This document shows, one piece after another, positions 57,978 to 64,000 of a stretch of DNA of 64,000 bases. The stretch is taken from NCBI GenBank assembly GCA_041674225.1, contig JBAYWG010000001.1:390273-454272 (forward strand). The letters run 5' to 3'. The notes under the pieces are model-generated. The model was not told the DNA's origin, did no database searches, and was given only the letters and a program-made list of their open reading frames with translations. This stretch comes from Minisyncoccota bacterium. GTDB lineage: Bacteria; Patescibacteriota; Minisyncoccia; Phycocordibacterales; JAACPR01. Within the stretch, counting starts at the first letter, position 1. Each line of letters opens with the position of its first letter. The position numbers and the translations under genes are program-made.

Positions 57978-58589
57978 ATGGAACCGATTTCAATAATATT
58001 GCTAGTAGTAATAATCATCATGTCTGTAGTTGTGCATGAGGTAGCACACGGATATGCGGCTTTATGGTTAGGGGATTCTACTGCTCATTATGCTGGTCGA
58101 CTTACCTTAAACCCTATAAAACACTTGGATTTATTTGGTTCGGTGATTGTTCCTTTGCTTCTTTCTTTCTCGGGTATGGTTTTTGGTTGGGCAAAACCGG
58201 TTCCTTATAATCCTTATAATTTGAGAAATCGTCGTTGGGGAGAATTATTGGTTGCCATAGCTGGACCCATTTCAAATATTCTCTTAGCTGTGATTTTTGG
58301 GATGTTCATTCGGCTAACTTCTGTGGATTCATTAGGCATGACGAGTGTGATGTATGTCGCTTCTTTGATTGTGCACATCAATATAGTTTTGGCGATTTTC
58401 AATTTGATTCCCGTTCCGCCACTAGATGGATCAAAAATTCTTTTCGCAATTTTGCCAAATCAATATAATCAAATAAAAATTGTTCTAGAAAGATTTGGTT
58501 TTATTATAATTTTATTTTTTATAATATTTTTGTGGCAAATGTTTTCTCCAATCATCGATTTCTTCTTTAAATTAATAACGGGATTTTAA
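57978..58589 (+). CDS. Site-2 protease family (M50) zinc metalloprotease, short form
   Basis: HEVAHG zincin motif inside a TM helix. At least 4 TM. Confidence 0.7.
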   Translation: MEPISIILLVVIIIMSVVVHEVAHGYAALWLGDSTAHYAGRLTLNPIKHLDLFGSVIVPLLLSFSGMVFGWAKPVPYNPYNLRNRRWGELLVAIAGPISNILLAVIFGMFIRLTSVDSLGMTSVMYVASLIVHINIVLAIFNLIPVPPLDGSKILFAILPNQYNQIKIVLERFGFIIILFFIIFLWQMFSPIIDFFFKLITGF

Positions 58590-58610
58590 ACATCGTGTTA
58601 AAATATTTTT

Positions 58611-59087
58611 ATGAAAAAGAAAGCTCCTTCTAAAGGAAAGCGTTATCCTGATTTAGTTTCTCAAAACAAAGCTTTATGTAAGGCTATTTCTTTATTGCCG
58701 ACCACAACGAAATCTAGTGTTCCTGCTATCTATATAAAATCTCTGCCGATGGTAATTGGTGTTATGACAATAATAGCTTTGATTATCCTTCCAACTTCGC
58801 GAAACTTTTTCTCTGAAATATCATCAAATACTTTTAAAAATTTTTCTTATAAAAACGAAGAACTTAAATCACATCTAATTTTTTCACTGAGAGCTGGTGT
58901 GACTGCTTATTCAGATCAAATCAAAAAAAATATAAAAATACTTCCAATAGATACTGAAATAGAACCTCAATTATATGGCGGAAGGGTAGAACCGAGTGTT
59001 GACAGAGCTGTTTTGGCAGAGGGTTTACACTCAATGACAGCGAGCCTTTCTGATGGTTTTTCTAAAATTAAGCCAGATAGCTTTTAG
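58611..59087 (+). CDS. Hypothetical membrane-anchored protein
   Basis: 158-aa ORF with one TM. Confidence 0.4.
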   Translation: MKKKAPSKGKRYPDLVSQNKALCKAISLLPTTTKSSVPAIYIKSLPMVIGVMTIIALIILPTSRNFFSEISSNTFKNFSYKNEELKSHLIFSLRAGVTAYSDQIKKNIKILPIDTEIEPQLYGGRVEPSVDRAVLAEGLHSMTASLSDGFSKIKPDSF

Positions 59088-59154
59088 GGTATTGCATCAA
59101 AATGAAGTGTGTAGTAGAGTGTCCCTACCTTTTTATAGGGACTTTTTATTGTAT

Positions 59155-59571
59155 ATGCCAACAGTTAATCAATTGATTAAAAATAATAGAAGCAAACCAA
59201 AACGCCGAACAAAGGCGATTGCACTTCGACGTGGTTTCAATACACTAAAAAACAAACCTACAAAATATAATGCTCCTTTCAAAAGAGGTGTTTGTATCAA
59301 AGTTACAACAAAAACACCCCGAAAACCCAACTCTGCTATTCGAAAAATCGCGAGAGTTAGACTTACAAACGGTCAAGAAGTAACAGCCTACATTCCAGGA
59401 ATGGGACACAATCTACAAGAACACTCTGTGGTAATGCTACGAGGTGGTCGTGTAAAAGACGTAAACATTCGATACACAATTGTTCGAGGAGTTCTGGATG
59501 CAGAAGGTGTAAAGAAACGAGGAAAGAGCCGAAGTCGTTACGGAGCTAAAAAGCCAAAAGCAGACAAATAA
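59155..59571 (+). CDS. rpsL: 30S ribosomal protein S12
   Basis: [27 protein letters not shown]. Start moved to the internal Met relative to the ORF track. Confidence 0.9.
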   Translation: MPTVNQLIKNNRSKPKRRTKAIALRRGFNTLKNKPTKYNAPFKRGVCIKVTTKTPRKPNSAIRKIARVRLTNGQEVTAYIPGMGHNLQEHSVVMLRGGRVKDVNIRYTIVRGVLDAEGVKKRGKSRSRYGAKKPKADK

Positions 59572-59580
59572 TAAAATAAT

Positions 59581-60051
59581 ATGCGAAGACCATTAAAGAA
59601 AAAACCAATAATCAAACCAGATGTTAAATACAGCTCAACAAAAGTTGAGAAGTTTATTAACCATGTAATGGAAGAAGGTAAAAAAGAAACTGCTCGTAAA
59701 ATTGTTTACAAAGCTTTTGACGAAATCAAAAAATCAGAAAAAGTTGAAAATCCTCTAGAAATCTTTGATGCAGCTTTGAAAAATGCGGCTCCAGTGATGG
59801 AAGTTCGATCAAGACGAGTTGGAGGTGCCAACTACCAAGTGCCTCGAGAAGTTCGACCTGAGCGAAGACAATTCCTTGCTATGACTTGGATTAAAACTGC
59901 TGCTTACTCTAAAAAGGGAACTCCTATGCACAAAAAACTAGCTACAGAATTGATCCTTGCTTCAAAAGGAGAAGGAGAAGCTGTGAAGAAGAAAGAAAAT
60001 ACACACAAGATGGCAGAAGCAAACAAAGCATTTGCTCACTTTGCTTGGTAA
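59581..60051 (+). CDS. rpsG: 30S ribosomal protein S7
   Basis: 156-aa ORF between rpsL and fusA, the conserved str-operon slot for S7. Confidence 0.8.
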   Translation: MRRPLKKKPIIKPDVKYSSTKVEKFINHVMEEGKKETARKIVYKAFDEIKKSEKVENPLEIFDAALKNAAPVMEVRSRRVGGANYQVPREVRPERRQFLAMTWIKTAAYSKKGTPMHKKLATELILASKGEGEAVKKKENTHKMAEANKAFAHFAW

Positions 60052-60107
60052 TATCTGTTAAGATATTCAGTACAACTTTAAAAGTAATTAATATTTAGTT
60101 TATTTAT

Positions 60108-62255
60108 ATGGCACGAGATTATCCATTAGACAAAGTTCGAAACTTTGGAATTATTGCACACATCGACGCAGGTAAGACTACAACAACAGAAAGAATTCTT
60201 TTCTATACTGGTGTTTCTCATAAAATCGGAGAAGTTCACGAAGGTGAAGCTACTATGGACTGGATGGAACAAGAACAAGAAAGAGGTATCACAATTACTT
60301 CTGCCGCTACTACTGCTTTCTGGGTTCCAACATATGCCAAAGGAGATGAATCAAGAAAACATCGTTTTAATATTATCGACACGCCAGGTCACGTAGACTT
60401 TACTGTGGAAGTTGAAAGAAGTTTGAAAGTTCTCGACGGTGGAGTTGTGGTTTTCGACGGAGTTGCCGGTGTGGAAGCTCAATCAGAAACAGTTTGGAGA
60501 CAAGCTGATAAATATGGTGTGCCACGAATTTGTTTCATCAATAAAATCGACCGAACAGGTGCCTCTTTCGATCGATCATTTAAATCTATTGAAGACCGAC
60601 TTTCTAAAAATGCTGTGCGAGCGCAACTGCCTTGGGGAGAAGAAGGAGAACTAAAAGGTATTGTAGATCTTTTGAAAATGAAGGCTTACACTTTCTCTGG
60701 AGACATGGGGAATGTTATTACAGAAATAGAAGTGCCTGAAGAAATGAAAGCAGAAGCTGAAAAATGGCGAGCAGTTTTCATCGAAAGAATTGTTGAAAAT
60801 GATGAAGAAGCTATGAACGCTTTTCTAGATGGAAAAGAACCAGACACTGATACTTTGAAAAAAATTCTACGAAAAGCTGTTATCGACAGAACTGTTATTC
60901 CAGTTTTCACAGGTTCATCTTTGAAAAACACAGGAGTTCAATTAGTTTTGGACGCTGTTGTTGATTACCTTCCATCTCCTATAGATATTCCACCAATCGG
61001 AGGTACTGATCCAAAAACTGGAGAAGAAATTGTTAGAAAAGCTTCTGATGAAGAACCATTTTCTGCTCTTGCATTCAAACTACAAACTGACCCTTATGTA
61101 GGACAACTTACATACTTCCGAGTTTACTCAGGGTCTGTTTCTGCTGGTTCATATATTTACAATGTTTCAACTGGAGAAAAAGAAAGACTAGGACGAATCT
61201 TGAGAATGCATGCAAACGAAAGAGAAGAAGTGCAAACAGTTTACGCTGGAGAAATCGCAGCTGCTGTAGGTCTAAAAAATACTCACACTTCAGATACACT
61301 TTGTGATGAAGCAAAACAAATTGAGCTTCACCGAATCGAATTCGCTGAACCAGTTGTGTCTCTACGAATCGAACCAAAAACTAAAGCCGACCAAGAAAAA
61401 ATGGGTATCGCTTTGAAAAAACTTGCTGAAGAAGATCCAACTTTCCGAGTTACTTCAGATGAAGAAACTGCAGAAACAATTATTTCTGGTATGGGAGAAC
61501 TTCACTTGGAAATTCTTGTTGATCGAATGAAAAGAGAATTCAATGTTGAAGCTAATGTTGGACAACCTCAAGTAGCATACCGAGAAACAATTCTTGGAGA
61601 AGGTGATGCTGAATATAAATACATCAAACAATCAGGAGGAAAAGGACAATACGGTCACGTTAAAATTAAGATCAAGCCACTTGCTCCAGTTGATCCAGAA
61701 GAAAAACTTGCAAAAAATATCAAGCGATCAGAAGGATTTGAATTTATCAACAATATCAAGGGAGGAGTTGTGCCTGTTGAATTTATTCCTGCTGTTGAAA
61801 AGGGAATTAAAGAAGCAATGGAAAGAGGAATCGTTGCTGGATACAAAATGGTGGATGTTTCTGCAGAGTTGTATGATGGTTCATACCATGATGTCGATTC
61901 ATCAGAAATCGCTTTCAAACTAGCTGCAAGTCACGCTTTCCAAGAAGCAGCTGCACGAGCTCGAGCTTCAATTCTTGAACCTATTATGAAAGTAGAAATC
62001 GTTATTCCAGATCAAAACACTGGAGATATTACTGGAGATATTTCTTCAAAACGAGGACAAATCGAAGGTATGGAAGAAAGAGGAATGGGAATTCAAGCTG
62101 TTCGAGCGCTTGTTCCACTTTCAGAAATGTTTGGTTACACAACTAGACTTCGATCTATGACAGCGGGTAGAGGGTCTGCTGCGATGGAGTTTCATCATTA
62201 TGATGTTGTGCCGGCTAATGTGGCTGAAGAAATTAAAAAGAAACGAGGGAAATAA
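60108..62255 (+). CDS. fusA: Elongation factor G
   Basis: GTP-binding motifs [21 protein letters not shown]. 715 aa. Confidence 0.95.
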   Translation: MARDYPLDKVRNFGIIAHIDAGKTTTTERILFYTGVSHKIGEVHEGEATMDWMEQEQERGITITSAATTAFWVPTYAKGDESRKHRFNIIDTPGHVDFTVEVERSLKVLDGGVVVFDGVAGVEAQSETVWRQADKYGVPRICFINKIDRTGASFDRSFKSIEDRLSKNAVRAQLPWGEEGELKGIVDLLKMKAYTFSGDMGNVITEIEVPEEMKAEAEKWRAVFIERIVENDEEAMNAFLDGKEPDTDTLKKILRKAVIDRTVIPVFTGSSLKNTGVQLVLDAVVDYLPSPIDIPPIGGTDPKTGEEIVRKASDEEPFSALAFKLQTDPYVGQLTYFRVYSGSVSAGSYIYNVSTGEKERLGRILRMHANEREEVQTVYAGEIAAAVGLKNTHTSDTLCDEAKQIELHRIEFAEPVVSLRIEPKTKADQEKMGIALKKLAEEDPTFRVTSDEETAETIISGMGELHLEILVDRMKREFNVEANVGQPQVAYRETILGEGDAEYKYIKQSGGKGQYGHVKIKIKPLAPVDPEEKLAKNIKRSEGFEFINNIKGGVVPVEFIPAVEKGIKEAMERGIVAGYKMVDVSAELYDGSYHDVDSSEIAFKLAASHAFQEAAARARASILEPIMKVEIVIPDQNTGDITGDISSKRGQIEGMEERGMGIQAVRALVPLSEMFGYTTRLRSMTAGRGSAAMEFHHYDVVPANVAEEIKKKRGK

Positions 62256-62386
62256 AATCCTACTAAGCAAAGACACGCTGTAAAAGAAAAAACGAAACGC
62301 TCTGCGTTTCGTTTTTTCTTTTCAGCTAACTCTCGCCGTTTGGGACGGCTCCGAGATGTCTTTGCTTAGTAGGATTTTATTTCTCT
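62246..62386. repeat. About 130-bp element bounded by 24-bp perfect terminal inverted repeats (ATAAAATCCTACTAAGCAAAGACA), enclosing the fusA terminator
   Basis: Left arm 62253-62276 overlaps the fusA stop. Right arm 62356-62379 is its exact reverse complement. Internal hairpin GAAACGCTCTGCGTTTC followed by T7. Confidence 0.6.
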
Positions 62387-62428
62387 CGCTAGTTCTCGAA
62401 TATTTGTATGATATTATTTTAAGATAAT

Positions 62429-62872
62429 ATGAATATTTTTGAAATAGTAGGTAAAGTTTTAATAGGTATCATTTCGGTACCTTTTATGTTTATTGGAATG
62501 ATTGCACCAATTTCATTTCTATTTGTTCTTATAGATTCATATATAAAAGTCAAAAAAATAGTGATTAGAGAAATAGATGAAAGATTTGTTGTAAATGATC
62601 GTGATCTACTAATGAAAAAATCTAGACAAATTGGTTTTGTAAGTTTGATAATTTCAACGTCAATGTTAATAATATTTTATTTTTTTATGGATTTATTTTT
62701 TAATTTTTTCCGTGTGTCTAGTACAGGTGAAATTTATACAGATGATTTTACACCAATGATTGTTGCAGGTTTTTGTATAGCTGCTAATGGATTTTTGGGA
62801 TTTATGATTGCAAAAATTTTAATAAAAAGAGAAATTAAAAAGTATTTTTTGCAATATGAAAATAATATTTGA
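62429..62872 (+). CDS. Hypothetical membrane protein (147 aa)
   Basis: At least 3 TM. Confidence 0.4.
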   Translation: MNIFEIVGKVLIGIISVPFMFIGMIAPISFLFVLIDSYIKVKKIVIREIDERFVVNDRDLLMKKSRQIGFVSLIISTSMLIIFYFFMDLFFNFFRVSSTGEIYTDDFTPMIVAGFCIAANGFLGFMIAKILIKREIKKYFLQYENNI

Positions 62873-62961
62873 TTTCAATTAGGGTGTCTTTTAAATGAGG
62901 AGAGTTTTAACATAATAGAAAAAATCCCGCCAACATTTTCAGTGGCGGGATTAAAGGGGTG

Positions 62962-63402
62962 TTAGTCTTTCCAAACTGCTCTGTAGAGAAGTTTGGTGAT
63001 TCCTAAGTAAAATTTGAATTTCGAAATCGGTGATCCATCGCAGATGAGTTCTCTTGGTAATTGCAGTGTTACAAAGAGAGAATCAAGTGAGAAATCAGGA
63101 TTGAGACGACGTTCCAAAATATCATCTGACTCAATACTTCTTGGATCCAAGATGTTTGTAAGTCCAGGTTTCTTTTTAAGTTTGCGTTCAGTATGTTCCT
63201 TGCGCAATGGTAGTAGTCTCACACAAATCATCGCTTGTTTTTTTGTCAGAGCACCCGGAATTCTTGTTGGGCTGAAAAACTGGTGAAGTTTTCCAGCATT
63301 TTTCTTTCCGAGCATTGTTTCATACTTGGTAAGAATTTCATCTTGAGCAGTTGAATCCATTAATGATTCAAATGCTGTTTCTTCTACGGTTTTTACACTC
63401 AT
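62962..63402 (-). CDS. Hypothetical protein (146 aa)
   Basis: ORF only. Confidence 0.4.
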   Translation of the reverse strand: MSVKTVEETAFESLMDSTAQDEILTKYETMLGKKNAGKLHQFFSPTRIPGALTKKQAMICVRLLPLRKEHTERKLKKKPGLTNILDPRSIESDDILERRLNPDFSLDSLFVTLQLPRELICDGSPISKFKFYLGITKLLYRAVWKD

Positions 63403-63667
63403 GGTTTTTTAAGTTGAGGTACTGTTGAGGTTCTGGGCCATATTACATTCACGAAAAGCAAAGTCAAATTATCAATTTGACACTACCCTTAAAATCATAT
63501 AATCTCTTCTCTGTAAGGCCTGAGACAAGTGGCGTCCAAATAAGACCGCTCGAGACCTGAAAAACGTGGTGATAATTATGTAAATAATTTAGTTGCGTTT
63601 CTCTAATATTTCTCTCTACGGCCTTGCAAAACAAAGGTCGTTTATTTTTTAAAGTCCAAACAAAAAA

Positions 63668-64000
63668 ATGGCAATTACAAAACAAAAGAAAACAGAAATC
63701 ATCGATAAATTAAAAGAAGCTGCAAAAAGCGAATCAGCAGTTTTTGTTAGTTTCCGAGGAGTTCCTGTTTCAGAAGTGACAACAATGCGATCACAATTGC
63801 GAGACAATGGTGTTGCATACTTTGTTGCAAAGAAAACTCTTATCAAAAAAGCTTTTGCTGAAGCTGGTATCGAAGGTGAAGTTCCTACATTAGATGGGGA
63901 AGTAGCTGTAGCATACTCAACAGACGCAACTGCTCCTGCTAGAGAAGTTTTTGATTTCCACAAAAAATTTGGCGACAAACTAAGAATTGTTGGAGGTGTG
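63668..64000 (+). CDS. rplJ: 50S ribosomal protein L10, 3' end truncated by window edge
   Basis: MAITKQKKTEIIDKLKE...FVAKKTL is a typical L10 N-terminus. Not in the ORF track because there is no in-window stop. Confidence 0.8.
   Translation, partial: MAITKQKKTEIIDKLKEAAKSESAVFVSFRGVPVSEVTTMRSQLRDNGVAYFVAKKTLIKKAFAEAGIEGEVPTLDGEVAVAYSTDATAPAREVFDFHKKFGDKLRIVGGV

Noticed and set aside
63649-63978. 109-aa minus-strand ORF at the window end
   Set aside because: It is antisense to the clearly recognisable rplJ start (MAITKQKKTEIIDKLKE...).
1-64000. CRISPR arrays and IS/transposase genes
   Set aside because: No regularly spaced direct repeats and no transposase, integrase or recombinase-like ORF were seen anywhere in the window.

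Overview
This window appears to come from a low-GC, small-genome bacterium, most likely a Candidate Phyla Radiation / Patescibacteria-type organism. The cues are four tRNAs (three lacking an encoded 3'-CCA, sitting next to a CCA-adding enzyme), a type IV pilus/pseudopilin cluster, a split ComEC, many secreted or membrane-anchored surface proteins, and core housekeeping genes (rny, clpP, tig, nusA, ppa, hup, tpiA, pgk, recJ, rpsL-rpsG-fusA, rplJ start). No rRNA or CRISPR array is visible. The standout is a roughly 4.7 kb GC-richer island (14.45-19.13 kb) between a upp-cmk fusion gene and hup. It has almost no convincing long ORFs. It contains four high-quality type III hammerhead ribozyme cores, two per strand, each preceded by a stable hairpin and sharing stem sequences. 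It also holds a textbook sigma70 promoter with a 16-aa leader ORF, roughly 1.5 kb of tetraloop-rich ornate structured RNA, a 16-nt direct repeat present three times, and a three-ORF module fronted by a long hairpin element. A second, smaller island (8.5-10.2 kb) carries paralogous copies of that hairpin element, with compensatory base changes, and of a second shared motif. Other notable items: an AAA-ATPase/CYTH fusion flanked by two TrmB-like regulator paralogs; a 1257-aa tail-fibre-like surface protein ending in a peptidase S74 intramolecular-chaperone domain; a WxL-like surface-protein cluster; and a 127-bp element with 24-bp perfect terminal inverted repeats straddling the fusA stop and terminator. 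All calls rest on reading motifs directly. No searches or folding computations were run.
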